Counted from the stretch's first letter, positions 7,639 through 18,282 are shown. The stretch: 30,688 bases of DNA from Hormoscilla sp. (GCA_051439505.1 JBFRWI010000225.1:1-30688), one strand, 5' to 3'. The notes: generated by a model from the letters alone, not told the origin. Program-made: numbers and translations.

Positions 7639-10311
7639 CTAACTGATATTTTCGGATAGATAATGCCAAGCTTTGGGGAGGTTGAGTTGCATCAGGGCAG
7701 CAATGCCTCTGAGAGTTCTAATTTCAGGTAAGTTGGGATTGAGGGCGTGAGCCCATTGGAGAGCCTTTTCGGCCTCCCCAGGACGCCAGTCATAAAGGTA
7801 AACGAAGGCCAGGTAGGCATGAACATAGGGGTTTTGGGGGTCTAGCTGCTGGACTTGCTTCAAGGCCGCGATCGCGCCTTCTACATTTTGCTGTAATATT
7901 TTCGATAATACTAGCCCATAGGCCCAGTCAGTGTTTTCTGGTTCTTGCTGCATCCGATATTTTAGCGCCAGATCGGCTTGCAGGACATAGTCCTGAATGG
8001 GATCGTACTGGTTAATCCTCCCGGTTTGGGCAAAGACGATCTCCAGTCCCTCGGACCCCTTGGGTAACTGGGTGGCAACCTGCCGTAATTGGGTGACCAG
8101 ATCCAATTCTGACGCAGGTATTATAGCAGCATTGGGGTCGATGGTAACGCTCACCTTTGGCACTGCGATCGGATAGCTTTCACCCGTTTTCCGGTTCAGG
8201 TAGGTCGCCTTGAGGCTGTATGCACCAGTTGGCAGGTCGGCGGGAGGCAGCATTGCCAGATGTTCGATGACCTGAAAACTTGACTTATTTGCTTGTCCGG
8301 TATGCAAGGCGCCCATGGCAATGCCGTGGTCGTGCAACCATCTTTGAGATTTATCTACTCCCACCATCATGCCCGCCCTAAAGGGTCGGGCTACAGATAC
8401 AAAGCCCGCCTGCGCGGGCTTCCATTTGGGCATTTCCCACCTCACATTACCATCAATTTGCCAGGTGATTAATACTAAACCAGATTGTAGCTCTTCCCAC
8501 GGACCAATCCACTCATAGGTTACAGGGATGGGAACTCCTGGAGGCACTTTTTCTGGCACTTCTACTCTGACTAGCTGCACTTCCGTACTGGGTTCTGCGA
8601 CGGGTTGTACCTGTACGGGCGGCTGTTTTTTGTGGTAGAGTTTGAGGGTACTGCCATCCACTAAAGGCCAGCTTTTCTGGAGTTGAAAATCCGATCCCCC
8701 CTCAATTATTTGCACGATTTGAGCTTGCGCTGCTGCGGGCACCGATCCTTGGTCTCCCGTTTTGGTGACAAACCAAGATAGCGATCGGGCATCTTGTGGC
8801 ACCTGTTCGGTCTGAGTTCCCACCTGACGTCCGTAGACCTGAAAGTTCCTTAAGGCACCGTAATGGTTGAAATTGTGCTGATTTATGAATGGAGTCGAGG
8901 GCAATACTCCGAGGGTCGATCGCAAATAGGGTTCGGTTTTAATTATCTCATCAATCACTTCTTGGTGAGGCCAGGGTTGTCCCCGATAAGGATAATGCTG
9001 GGTCCGGGGGCTGAGAAGTTGGGTCAGGGAAGCACCAGGCAGAGGAAATAAATTATTTAACATCAGTCCTGTTGCTAACAGCATCGTTCCCCAGCGGATC
9101 TTACTTCCCCAAGGACGACTGACAGCATCCCAGGAAATCAAGCCTTTCGCCAACCACAGGGATAATACCGGTAAATAGGGTAACACGTAGCGGGCATCTT
9201 TATTGATATTCACCGAACAGAGAATGTATGCCCCGATCGCAAATACTGCCAACCATTTCCAGTCGATCCTCTCCTTTCCCGTGGCCTGCTTCTTCTTTGG
9301 ACCCCTAGATAAGGAAGGAAAATTTAGGTGATGCTGAATGGGAAGATGGGGAGATGAATAGATGGGGAAATAGTCAGGTTGCAGAAGATTCATCTTTCTT
9401 TTACCTTGCTTCTGCCAATAGAAAATTAAGCCAACGATCGCCACTAGCAATAAAGGCCAGGAAACCAGGTAAGGAGTAATTTTCCAGTAGTAAACCCAGG
9501 CGTCCAGGGTATTCAGGGCCGGGTCTCCTTCCGCGATCGCCGCATCTAGGGTGGCCCGTTTGCCAGAGGTTAAAATCAGCAACCAATTGGTACGATACCA
9601 GGGATAGCATACTAACAATGCTACCGCCAAACTCCCCAGCAACTGGGCTATGCGCCCCCACTGACCATTTTTAATTGTGCCGCAAATTACCCACAAAATT
9701 GGCGTCAATAGGAAAAATAATGCCGTCTGCTTTACTAATAGGGCCATTCCCAAGGAAAGTCCAAATACCATTGCCCAAAACCATCCCCGTACTCCTCCCT
9801 TTGTCTTTTTCCAGAGGGTCAGACAGCAGAAACTCAGGGTCACGGTTGCGGTCAGGGGATAATCTAGGAGAAAATCCAGGCGATAGCGATATAAACCGGG
9901 TAGTATTTGACAGATAGCTGCTGCCCATAGGGCCACCCGAACGTTAAATAATTTCCTGCCCAGACAATACACCGAACCTAGGAGAATTATACTAGAGAAT
10001 AGCATTACCAGAGTGGATTGGTCCGGTCCCGTGCCAAAGATATTCAGAAAGGGTACCGTGGTCATGTAGGTTAGGGGCGGAATTTTGGTCGATCGCATCC
10101 AGAAAGAGGTCCACCATTCCCCAGAAAACCATTCTGGTGCTTGCAGGATTTGCCAGTAATTTAATGCCCCGGTCAGGTAGTCCGCCTGGTCCCAAGCAGG
10201 GACCGAGTTGTCCAGCGCAAACCACAGGCGATCGACTGCTGCGCCTGCCAACCATATGATTGCCAAAACCAGCATATTTTTGTGCTTGAGATGTTTATCT
10301 TTCAAAGTCAC
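7639..10311 (-). CDS. GT39/ArnT-like (phospholipid-carrier-dependent) membrane glycosyltransferase with C-terminal TPR
   Basis: N-terminal PAWDQADY, KIPPL, many TM helices, NKDARY and a C-terminal TPR-like LDPQNPYVHAYLAFVY. Confidence 0.8.
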   Translation of the reverse strand: MTLKDKHLKHKNMLVLAIIWLAGAAVDRLWFALDNSVPAWDQADYLTGALNYWQILQAPEWFSGEWWTSFWMRSTKIPPLTYMTTVPFLNIFGTGPDQSTLVMLFSSIILLGSVYCLGRKLFNVRVALWAAAICQILPGLYRYRLDFLLDYPLTATVTLSFCCLTLWKKTKGGVRGWFWAMVFGLSLGMALLVKQTALFFLLTPILWVICGTIKNGQWGRIAQLLGSLAVALLVCYPWYRTNWLLILTSGKRATLDAAIAEGDPALNTLDAWVYYWKITPYLVSWPLLLVAIVGLIFYWQKQGKRKMNLLQPDYFPIYSSPHLPIQHHLNFPSLSRGPKKKQATGKERIDWKWLAVFAIGAYILCSVNINKDARYVLPYLPVLSLWLAKGLISWDAVSRPWGSKIRWGTMLLATGLMLNNLFPLPGASLTQLLSPRTQHYPYRGQPWPHQEVIDEIIKTEPYLRSTLGVLPSTPFINQHNFNHYGALRNFQVYGRQVGTQTEQVPQDARSLSWFVTKTGDQGSVPAAAQAQIVQIIEGGSDFQLQKSWPLVDGSTLKLYHKKQPPVQVQPVAEPSTEVQLVRVEVPEKVPPGVPIPVTYEWIGPWEELQSGLVLITWQIDGNVRWEMPKWKPAQAGFVSVARPFRAGMMVGVDKSQRWLHDHGIAMGALHTGQANKSSFQVIEHLAMLPPADLPTGAYSLKATYLNRKTGESYPIAVPKVSVTIDPNAAIIPASELDLVTQLRQVATQLPKGSEGLEIVFAQTGRINQYDPIQDYVLQADLALKYRMQQEPENTDWAYGLVLSKILQQNVEGAIAALKQVQQLDPQNPYVHAYLAFVYLYDWRPGEAEKALQWAHALNPNLPEIRTLRGIAALMQLNLPKAWHYLSENIS
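8371..8420. repeat. Dispersed double-hairpin repeat inside the glycosyltransferase CDS
   Basis: GCCCGCCCTAAAGGGTCGGGCTAC-agatac-AAAGCCCGCCTGCGCGGGCT. Intergenic copies lie at 16425-16471, 21936-22014 and 23502-23553. Confidence 0.85.
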
Positions 10312-10314
10312 TCC

Positions 10315-10752
10315 TCATCCTAATATCTTTCTCATTTTAACATGGGGGATGCCTGCTTCATCAAATATACCACCTTCTGGGACGAACCCCAACTGCAGAT
10401 AAAGTCCCTTGACATATTCCTGGGCGTTAACTACTACTTGTTTAACATCTTTTGCCGCCGCCACAGCTATTGCCTGGGTCATCAACTGCTTGCCAATGCC
10501 GCGCCCTCTTGCTGGGGGCAGGACGGCAAGTCTTTCTATTTTAGCTGTTTGCCCATCCAGATATCTTATTCTCGCAGTTCCCACGGGTTGATTATCTAAA
10601 TATGCTAATAATTGCTCGGCGGTTTCGTCTAGTCCGTCAAACTCTAATTTGGGGTCAACCCCTTGTTCTTCTTGAAAGACTTTGGTTCGGATGGCATTTA
10701 TTGCCGTCATCTCTGCCGAGTAGGTCACTGTTTTTAGCAGGATATTGCTCAT
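10315..10752 (-). CDS. GNAT family N-acetyltransferase (ElaA/YjcF-like)
   Basis: IRTKVFQEEQGV, KIERLAVLPPARGRGIG, LYLQLGF...FDEAGIPHVKM. Start set at MSNILLK; the ORF track starts at 10794. Confidence 0.88.
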   Translation of the reverse strand: MSNILLKTVTYSAEMTAINAIRTKVFQEEQGVDPKLEFDGLDETAEQLLAYLDNQPVGTARIRYLDGQTAKIERLAVLPPARGRGIGKQLMTQAIAVAAAKDVKQVVVNAQEYVKGLYLQLGFVPEGGIFDEAGIPHVKMRKILG

Positions 10753-10792
10753 AGTTTTCTGGGGGATGAGTAAATTAAATATTGAGTGCGGC

Positions 10793-10848
10793 AAGAACTA
10801 AAGTGCTTACTACGAACGGTAAGCACTTTAGTTCTTACTACGAACGGT
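10793..10848. repeat. Tandem GTAG-led REP-like units forming an 18-bp stem
   Basis: AAGAACTAAAGTGCTTAC-tacgaacg-GTAAGCACTTTAGTTCTT. On the minus strand there are two CGTTCGTAGTAAG... units. Confidence 0.7.
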
Positions 10849-10863
10849 GCGACCTGCTTTTAG

Positions 10864-11520
10864 TTAACTGGCCGTGTTCGCATTCTCCCGATCGGGCGTT
10901 GCGGGTACAAAGAGTTGGGGAAAAAGCAGTCCAGATCGGGCTTTGTATGCAGCAAACTCGGGGTAACGAGAGAGAGATTTGTCTTTCTTGCCCATATTTG
11001 GCAGGAAGATTGCGCCGACAAATGCCGCCAAAATCACAAAAGGTAGCCAATGCATTGCCAGCATGGCAAAACCCATGTAAATGAATATTTCTCCCAGATA
11101 GTTTGTATTGCGACAGCGGGCAAAAAAGCCTTCTGTAATCAGTCCGGGTTTATACTTGAGGGTGAAATACTTTTGGGCATCGCTGGTGTAATGTAGAAAC
11201 ACGCCCATGATATTGAGAAAGATGGCAGCTGCTACTAGCGGTAGGGGTGGCACGGTACCGCTACTGATGAGAATAAAAGGGGCAACCCAGTACAGTCCGA
11301 CCACCACAAATCCGAAAATACCTAATCCGACAGAAACTTCTTCCTCCCACTGCTTATCGGGGTAAATCCGATCTTTGAGCAACCACAATATACCATAGGT
11401 GCCGTGCAGCGCCAGGTAAACCCAAGGACCGAGGGTGAAGTTTTGGTAGAAAAGCATTAGTCCCAGGACAACTAAGCCAGTTAGTCCTTTGTGCAGATTG
11501 ACTACGTACTTAATTTTCAT
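10864..11520 (-). CDS. DUF1295 / isoprenylcysteine methyltransferase / steroid reductase-like membrane protein
   Basis: Hydrophobic protein with SDAQK...GLITEGFFARCRNTNYLGE and YKARSGLLFP motifs. Confidence 0.75.
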   Translation of the reverse strand: MKIKYVVNLHKGLTGLVVLGLMLFYQNFTLGPWVYLALHGTYGILWLLKDRIYPDKQWEEEVSVGLGIFGFVVVGLYWVAPFILISSGTVPPLPLVAAAIFLNIMGVFLHYTSDAQKYFTLKYKPGLITEGFFARCRNTNYLGEIFIYMGFAMLAMHWLPFVILAAFVGAIFLPNMGKKDKSLSRYPEFAAYKARSGLLFPQLFVPATPDRENANTAS

Positions 11521-11649
11521 AACAGGGGTTCCGTAACGATTCCACTATTATATCCCTAAGAGACTGCTGAACCAGGAAGGCGATGAGAGGAGATAATTTT
11601 GAATTAAGAAACCAGGTATATGGGAAAAACCTGGTTTCTGGACTTGATT

Positions 11650-13017
11650 TCAAACTTCCACAACGGGCAACCCTGCTAGGGCGATCGCCACATCTTCGGT
11701 ACTATATTTGAGATCGAACAGCTTGCCAGCATGGTAATCAATGTAAGCCTGCATGTCAAAGTGACCGTGACCGCAGAGATTAAACAGAATAGTTTTACTA
11801 ACTCCTTCTTCTTTGCAGCGCAAGGCTTCATCGATCGCCCTTTTCACGGCATGATTTGCTTCCGGCGCGGGTAAAATCCCTTCAGTACGGCCAAAGGTAA
11901 CTCCAGCAGCAAAACAGGCCAGTTGGGGATAAGCTATCGGTGCAATTAAACCCAACTCGACCAGATGACTGATGAGAGGTGCCATACCATGATAGCGCAG
12001 ACCGCCAGCATGAAATCCTTCGGGTACAAAGCTACTGCCCAAGCTGTGCATTTTTACCAAAGGGGTCAGATGGGCAGTATCGCCAAAATCATAACTATAT
12101 TTCCCTTTGGTTAGGGTGGGACAAGCTGCGGGTTCTACGGCGACAAATTCGATCGTTCGCTGTTGTTCGCCTCGCAACTCTGTACCCAGGAAGGGAAAGG
12201 CAATACCCGCAAAATTGCTGCCGCCCCCAGTGCAACCAATAATAATATCGGGTTCGTCTCCTGCCATTTCCAGTTGCTTTCTCGTCTCCTGACCAATTAC
12301 AGTTTGATGCAGCAGGACGTGATTCAGAACGCTACCCAAGGCATACTTAGTTTGTTCGTCTTGGACTGCCATTTCGATCGCCTCCCCGATCGCGATACCC
12401 AAGCTACCAGTACTGTCAGGATCTCGTGAGAGAATTTGCCGTCCCGCCTGAGTTGCGCTGCTGGGGCTAGCAATAACAGAGGCACCATAGGATTCCATCA
12501 TAGCGCGACGATAGGGCTTTTGCTGATAGCTAATTTTGACCATGTAGACTTCCACTTCCAGGTCAAATAGCGCCCCCGCAAATGCCAGAGATGACCCCCA
12601 CTGTCCGGCCCCGGTTTCTGTGGTCAAGCGTTTCACCCCCTGCTGTTTGTTATAATAAGCTTGAGGGACAGCAGTGTTAGGTTTGTGGCTGCCAGTGGGG
12701 CTGACTCCTTCATATTTATAGTAGATTTTCGCCGGAGTATCCAAGGCTTTTTCTAAGCGGCGGGCCCGGTAGAGAGGAGTTGGTCGCCACTGACGGTATA
12801 TTGCTTGCACTTCTGGGGGAATTTCTATCCAGCGATCGCTGCTTACTTCCTGTTGAATTAGACTCATGGGAAATAGGGGTTCCAGATCCCCTGGGGCGAT
12901 CGGGCGTTGGGACTGGGGATGCAGGACTGGGGGTAGGGGAGTAGGCAAGTCAGCTTGAATATTGTACCATGCCTGTGGCATCTGGTCTTCAGTCAGAGTA
13001 TATTTGATCGTTTCCAT
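11650..13017 (-). CDS. trpB2: TrpB2 (type-2 tryptophan synthase beta-like PLP enzyme)
   Basis: [25 protein letters not shown] (PLP lysine), [48 protein letters not shown]. Confidence 0.93.
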   Translation of the reverse strand: METIKYTLTEDQMPQAWYNIQADLPTPLPPVLHPQSQRPIAPGDLEPLFPMSLIQQEVSSDRWIEIPPEVQAIYRQWRPTPLYRARRLEKALDTPAKIYYKYEGVSPTGSHKPNTAVPQAYYNKQQGVKRLTTETGAGQWGSSLAFAGALFDLEVEVYMVKISYQQKPYRRAMMESYGASVIASPSSATQAGRQILSRDPDSTGSLGIAIGEAIEMAVQDEQTKYALGSVLNHVLLHQTVIGQETRKQLEMAGDEPDIIIGCTGGGSNFAGIAFPFLGTELRGEQQRTIEFVAVEPAACPTLTKGKYSYDFGDTAHLTPLVKMHSLGSSFVPEGFHAGGLRYHGMAPLISHLVELGLIAPIAYPQLACFAAGVTFGRTEGILPAPEANHAVKRAIDEALRCKEEGVSKTILFNLCGHGHFDMQAYIDYHAGKLFDLKYSTEDVAIALAGLPVVEV

Positions 13018-13178
13018 AATCGGCAGAATGGCATTAATTTACAAGATTTTAACACGAAGGTTTTGAAAAGGTTAACAGCGAGATTGAATTCCGATTACCT
13101 GCTGCTTGACAACTCGACTTAGCAGAAAATTTAAATGCCAGTATAACTCGACGGTTTTTGCAGATTGCTTAAGATTTT

Positions 13179-13329
13179 GGGTGTGGCTCATTTGTAGTTG
13201 TAAAGGATCCCCCCCAAACCCCCCCTTCCAAAGGGGGGGCTTTCCGGAAGCCCCCCTTTTTAAGGGGGGTTTGGGGGGATCCGACGACTGGGAGGGTCCT
13301 AGAACTATCAACGGGTTTTGACCACACCC
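13179..13329. mobile_element. MITE (151 bp) with 9-bp target-site duplication
   Basis: GGGTGTGGCTCA...TGACCACACCC, flanked by TAAGATTTT at 13170-13178 and 13330-13338. Confidence 0.9.
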
Positions 13330-14915
13330 TAAGATTTTGGTAACAGACGCCCCACTGTCCGATTTTCTGGGGTAAAGGTATCCTGGGCGACTCGCTGGAT
13401 ATCTGCCGCCGTTACCTTTGCAATCAAATCTATTTCTCGGAACAGGTTCCGCCAAGAACCAGTTTTCGCTTCGTACTCTACTAACAAACTAGCTAGACCC
13501 GCGTTAGACCCGATCGCCCGCAACAGACCTGCCTTTGCTTGAGTTTTCACCCGGTCTAATTCTGTTTGGGAAACCGGTTCCGTTTGCAGGCGGGTAATTT
13601 CTGTTTGTAAAGCTGCCGCCACCTCCTCTACAGTACGACCGGGTGCAGTCACGGCATAGAACAGCATCAAATTAGGATACCTATTCCCAGGGAAACCACT
13701 CTCACCTGCTGCTCCCAGGGCTACTTGCTGCTTTTCTACCAGAGACTTATATAGCCGTGAGGTGCGACCGTCACTGAGAATACTGCCCATCATTTCATAA
13801 ACTACATTATCTGGATGGTTCATGGCTGGGCGATGATACCCTTCCAAATACCAGGGTTGAGAAGGAAACTCTACCGTCACTTCCTTGGTTTCAGTTTGCG
13901 GCGGTTCCACTGGTATTTGATCTTCTGGTAACGGTTTATCTTCATAGCTTCCAAAGTAAATTTCCGCTAACCGCTTCACTTCTGCTAGCTTCACATCTCC
14001 CACGATCGCCACTGTCATGTTGCCAGGCACGTAATGAGTTGCAAAGAATTCTTTTACATCTTGCCGCGTCAGGTTGCGGATATCTTCTTCATAACCAATT
14101 ACCGGACGGCCATAGGGATGTGCTTGGAAGGCAGTATCTAGAAATGCCTCTATCATCTTACCCAACGCCGAGTTATCCGTGCGCAGGCGTCGTTCTTCCA
14201 GGATCACATCTTTCTCGGCAAAAAACTCCCGAAACACCGGATCCCCAAACCTTTCCGACTCCAGAGACATCCACAGCTCTAGCTTATTGGATGGTAAGCT
14301 GAAAAAATAGCGGGTGGCATCTGCCGAAGTCGTCGCATTCAGTCCTACTCCCCCCGCCCGATCGATAATTTGACCGAATTCATTTTGCTTTACGTAACTT
14401 GATGCCTGCGATCGCACCCGATCGAACTCCTCCTGGAGAGCGGCCAATTTTGCCTCATCTCCATCTGCTGGGGCTGACTTTATGCGATCGAATAATCGAT
14501 CCAGTTTACTTAGCAGATGTTTTTCGGCTGCGTAATATTTGGTGCCGATGCTAGTAGTACCTTTGAAAGCTAAATGTTCTAAATAGTGAGCCACCCCCGT
14601 TTTCCCAACTGGTTCATCCACACCTCCGACATTTACATAGGTAATGAATGATATAATTGGCGATCGATGGCGTTCCATGACAATAAATTTTAACCCATTG
14701 TCCAGAGTAAATTCTCGGACTTGCCTTTCTATTCGTTCCAGATCCTGGCCGATGCGATCGGCTGCTGGTGCTGTCGAATTTTGCAATCCGAGGCCGAACG
14801 GAAACTGGGCGATCGCGGTTGTGGGGGGAGTTCCCCAAGCCAACAAGATGATTATCACTAGCAAGGACCACCACCGTCTCAATTTTAACACAGGTCTGCT
14901 CTTTTTATCTCCCAT
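13329..14915 (-). CDS. M16 family zinc peptidase (catalytic subunit)
   Basis: Signal-like N-terminus, TLDNGL, GVAHYLEHLAFKGT (HXXEH), LNATTS, EKDVILEERR, HPYGRPVIG. Confidence 0.92.
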   Translation of the reverse strand: MGDKKSRPVLKLRRWWSLLVIIILLAWGTPPTTAIAQFPFGLGLQNSTAPAADRIGQDLERIERQVREFTLDNGLKFIVMERHRSPIISFITYVNVGGVDEPVGKTGVAHYLEHLAFKGTTSIGTKYYAAEKHLLSKLDRLFDRIKSAPADGDEAKLAALQEEFDRVRSQASSYVKQNEFGQIIDRAGGVGLNATTSADATRYFFSLPSNKLELWMSLESERFGDPVFREFFAEKDVILEERRLRTDNSALGKMIEAFLDTAFQAHPYGRPVIGYEEDIRNLTRQDVKEFFATHYVPGNMTVAIVGDVKLAEVKRLAEIYFGSYEDKPLPEDQIPVEPPQTETKEVTVEFPSQPWYLEGYHRPAMNHPDNVVYEMMGSILSDGRTSRLYKSLVEKQQVALGAAGESGFPGNRYPNLMLFYAVTAPGRTVEEVAAALQTEITRLQTEPVSQTELDRVKTQAKAGLLRAIGSNAGLASLLVEYEAKTGSWRNLFREIDLIAKVTAADIQRVAQDTFTPENRTVGRLLPKS

Positions 14916-15008
14916 AAGAATTACTCCTCACCCCTATTCGGAGCACAAATTGGGGTCAACTTGACCCCCAATATCATGGTCAATACCCTATTTGGTGCCA
15001 CATTGCTG

Positions 15009-15302
15009 TTAATTGCCATGGAGGATTTGATTGCGATAGAAAGCGTAGGTATCAAACAAGGCACCCACAAAACTGCATACCAGACCTATCACCACCAGTC
15101 CTTCCATAGGGCATCCACTACCGAAGGTCGCCAAAAAATTCCAGACTATTGTTGCCCCTGCTTGAGAGATTCCTGCCATGCCCGGTAGATAACCACTCAA
15201 GAATATACTTAACATTATGCCACTAATTAACACCTGGGGAGCGACAAAACTGAGGACAGTTGTCAACAGCAGGGAGCGGATAAAAACCGGCAAGCTGCTC
15301 AT
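15009..15302 (-). CDS. Small hypothetical membrane protein
   Basis: 97-aa ORF with hydrophobic segments and a FVGALFDTY motif, on the same strand just upstream of the peptidase. Confidence 0.7.
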   Translation of the reverse strand: MSSLPVFIRSLLLTTVLSFVAPQVLISGIMLSIFLSGYLPGMAGISQAGATIVWNFLATFGSGCPMEGLVVIGLVCSFVGALFDTYAFYRNQILHGN

Positions 15303-15611
15303 TTGAATGTAACTCCAGTTAAATTGACTATTCTAGATGCAGGTCACTTGCTGCACCCGTTTCTCTACCATAAACCTCAAAGCCTTACCTAACCCAATAG
15401 TTTATAAATCTTAAATTTTACTTACCAAATCTTTGTGAAGATATGTAGCAAAATTTTAATATTTTTATCTTGAGAGCCCAAATAAGGATATATTTGCTAA
15501 TGAGGAAAAAATGATAGAATGTTACAAAACGTAAAGAAGAGCGCTATGATAGACCCAGGCGATCGAGCCCAAACAGCCGATTTTGCCGATGGTCGAATGG
15601 AGTTATAGCTT

Positions 15612-16379
15612 ATGGCATGGGGTAAGCGGTTACTAGCGGCGGTTTTATTGGCAGGGCAAGTGCTGGTGCATATATTTGCCGGTAAGATTAACCGCCGCAA
15701 CACCCTGGAACAAATGGCATTGGTAGGTCCGGCGAGCTTGTCGATCTCTCTGATGACCATGGGATCTGTGGGCATGGTGTTTACCATTCAGGTAGCACGG
15801 GAATTTATCAACTTTGGGGCGACGGCGGCTGTAGGCGGGGTTCTGGCCCTGGCCTTGGCCCGGGAACTAGCACCGGTACTCACGGCAGTAGTGTTGGCGG
15901 GTCGGGTCGGTTCGGCCTTTGCGGCGGAAATCGGTACCATGCAGGTAACGGAACAGATCGACGCCCTCTATATGCTGAAAACAGACCCGGTTGATTACTT
16001 AGTCATCCCCCGGGTGATCGCCTGCTGCGTGATGCTGCCACTGTTGACGATTTTGTCCTTGATTACAGGTCTGGCGGGGGGACTGCTGGTGGCAAACGCT
16101 AATTTTAGAATCGTCTCGTCGCTGTTTCTCGATTCTGTCCGTAATTTCCTACAGCCTTGGGATATTGTCAGTGCGATGATTAAAGCTGTGGTCTTCGGTG
16201 CCTTACTGGCAGTGATCGGTTGCAGCTGGGGATTGACTACCACTGGTGGAGCCAAGGGCGTGGGACAATCTACCACAACGGCTGTGGTAACTGCGATGTT
16301 GGCGATCTTTATTGCTAACTTCTTTCTCTCCTGGTTGCTCTTTCAAGGACTCGGATCCTCGTCCCTGGGAAATGTCTGA
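15612..16379 (+). CDS. mlaE: MlaE/Ycf63 family lipid ABC transporter permease
   Basis: RELAPVLTAVVLAGRVGSAFAAEIGTMQVTEQIDAL, LVIPRV, GGAKGVGQSTTTAVV. Confidence 0.92.
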   Translation: MAWGKRLLAAVLLAGQVLVHIFAGKINRRNTLEQMALVGPASLSISLMTMGSVGMVFTIQVAREFINFGATAAVGGVLALALARELAPVLTAVVLAGRVGSAFAAEIGTMQVTEQIDALYMLKTDPVDYLVIPRVIACCVMLPLLTILSLITGLAGGLLVANANFRIVSSLFLDSVRNFLQPWDIVSAMIKAVVFGALLAVIGCSWGLTTTGGAKGVGQSTTTAVVTAMLAIFIANFFLSWLLFQGLGSSSLGNV

Positions 16380-16552
16380 ACTTAACCCATCCCTATGGGC
16401 TAGCCCAGCCGCCCCAGCCCAGCCGCCCCACCCTAAAGGGATGGGGCTACATTACAAAGCCCGCGCGGGCTAGGGAGAGAAGTATGACGATCGCAGCGGT
16501 TGCAGATAAAATAGGGAGATAACTGAGCAAGCTAAAGAAAGGAATTAAGCCC

Positions 16553-16957
16553 GTGACTACTACTGCGACTATTGAATCAACAGAGACAATTGAACTAACT
16601 CCTAGCTATAAGCTGCCTTTGGTGTTGGTAATTTCTGCCCCAGTCCTGGCACTGGTACAAGTATGGTTGAGCTTGCCGATCGCGCTGTTGGGGTTATTCT
16701 TAATGTTTCAGACTGCCAGGATCCGCCTGGTCTTCACACCAACGGCAATGGATGTCTACAGCACCTCGACTTTAATCAGAAGTTTTCCCTACAGCGATTG
16801 GCAGAACTGGCGGATATTCTGGAATCCGGTGCCCATCCTGTTTTACTTTAAGGAGGTCAAGAGTATCCATTTTTTGCCGATTCTGTTTGACCCCAAGATG
16901 CTGAGGACTTGTCTGGAACAACGCTATCCATTAAAGTCAAGCGCAGATGAGTTATAA
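16553..16957 (+). CDS. DUF3119 family protein
   Basis: FPYSDWQNWRIFW...ILFYFKEVKSIHFLPILFD, in its usual cyanobacterial position after mlaE. Confidence 0.82.
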   Translation: MTTTATIESTETIELTPSYKLPLVLVISAPVLALVQVWLSLPIALLGLFLMFQTARIRLVFTPTAMDVYSTSTLIRSFPYSDWQNWRIFWNPVPILFYFKEVKSIHFLPILFDPKMLRTCLEQRYPLKSSADEL

Positions 16958-16999
16958 TCAAAGATGATTAGTTGCTAGTCGAACGTCGTAAGTTACCAG

Positions 17000-18265
17000 A
17001 TGAATTCAGAACATACCACAAGCCCAGAACAAGAAGATAACAATAAAGCTGTTGAGGAAACAGACAATAACCAAGTGACAGCAGAGGAAAACTCTGCATC
17101 TGAGGGTGCGGACAATGGCGAAGAACATCAAGCATCAGAAAAAATAACTCTAGAGACAGAGGTGGAATCTCCAGATGTGCCAGATGCTGGGTCGGAAAAC
17201 ATGGAAGCAGAAGAGTCGGCAGTGGCTACAGTTCCATCCGATGAGACAATGTCGGCTGAGGTAGATAGTTTGGCGCAACGAGTAGCGGAGTTAAGGCGCC
17301 AAGAACGAGAACTTACAGAACAGATAGCTGCGAAGGAAGCGGAATTTCAACGCTGGCAAGAGGCGATCGCATCTACGCAAGCGGCGATGGGAAAGCTGGT
17401 GCAAGAGGGGGTCTCTGAGTTAGAAGAACGGAAGAAAAAGCTGCAAATAAATGTAGAACAGTTAGAAAGGCGATCGGAGAGGATCCGATCGGAAATGCGC
17501 ACGAATTTTGCCGGGGTATCGCAGGATCTGGCAATTAGAATTCAGGGGTTTAAGGACTATCTGGTGGGTAGTTTACAGGAGTTGGCCAGCGCGGCAGAAC
17601 AGTTGCAATTGGTGAGCGATCGCACGGTTCCGGAAAAATCGGAATATTATCAATCAGCGCCAGCAGCAAGGCAAGATGGCAGGAGGAGAGTCAGTCGGGA
17701 ACCATCGGGGGGTCCGGAGTTTGGGTCGGGGGGTTTTACGGAACAAAGAAGGCAAATTCGCCGGATTTTGGACCAATATCGCACCCAACCAGATTACTAC
17801 GGTCCAGCTTGGCAGTTGCGCCGCACTTTTGAACCAATTCATGCCGAACGTGTATCTAATTGGTTTTTTGGTCAAGGGGGCAAGGGTGCCGTGCCCAGTA
17901 TGGGTAGTCGCTTGCAAAATATTCTGATTACTTCGGCGGTGATTTCGGTGTTGCGCAGTCTCTATGGCGATCGCCTGCGGAGTCTAATCTTGGTAAACTC
18001 GCCGGAACGACTGGGAGAATGGCGGCGGGGTTTGCAAGATTGCCTGGGCATTTCTCGCAGTGATTTTGGTTCCGATCGGGGTATAGTGCTGTTTGAGGAA
18101 CCGGAACCCTTGGCGGTGAAAGCAGAACGCTTGGACAAGCAAGGGGAACTACCACTTATTGTCGTGGATGAGTCGGAAAATAAAGTTAGTCTGTCCATGC
18201 TGCAATTTCCTCTCTGGTTGGCTTTTGCAGCCGATCCGGAAGCCCCGCCACCAATGATTTATTAG
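17000..18265 (+). CDS. DUF3086 domain coiled-coil protein
   Basis: Acidic N-terminus, coiled coil, FAGVSQDLAIRIQGFKDYL, PDYYGPAWQLRRTF, ERLGEWRRGLQDCLG. It precedes plsY. Confidence 0.82.
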   Translation: MNSEHTTSPEQEDNNKAVEETDNNQVTAEENSASEGADNGEEHQASEKITLETEVESPDVPDAGSENMEAEESAVATVPSDETMSAEVDSLAQRVAELRRQERELTEQIAAKEAEFQRWQEAIASTQAAMGKLVQEGVSELEERKKKLQINVEQLERRSERIRSEMRTNFAGVSQDLAIRIQGFKDYLVGSLQELASAAEQLQLVSDRTVPEKSEYYQSAPAARQDGRRRVSREPSGGPEFGSGGFTEQRRQIRRILDQYRTQPDYYGPAWQLRRTFEPIHAERVSNWFFGQGGKGAVPSMGSRLQNILITSAVISVLRSLYGDRLRSLILVNSPERLGEWRRGLQDCLGISRSDFGSDRGIVLFEEPEPLAVKAERLDKQGELPLIVVDESENKVSLSMLQFPLWLAFAADPEAPPPMIY

Positions 18266-18282
18266 CAAAGGAGTAAAGAGGA

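Noticed and set aside
13018..13170. Trp attenuator or leader peptide upstream of trpB2 (also checked upstream of trpE)
   Set aside because: No Trp-rich leader ORF was seen, and the nearby hairpins are explained by mobile repeats.
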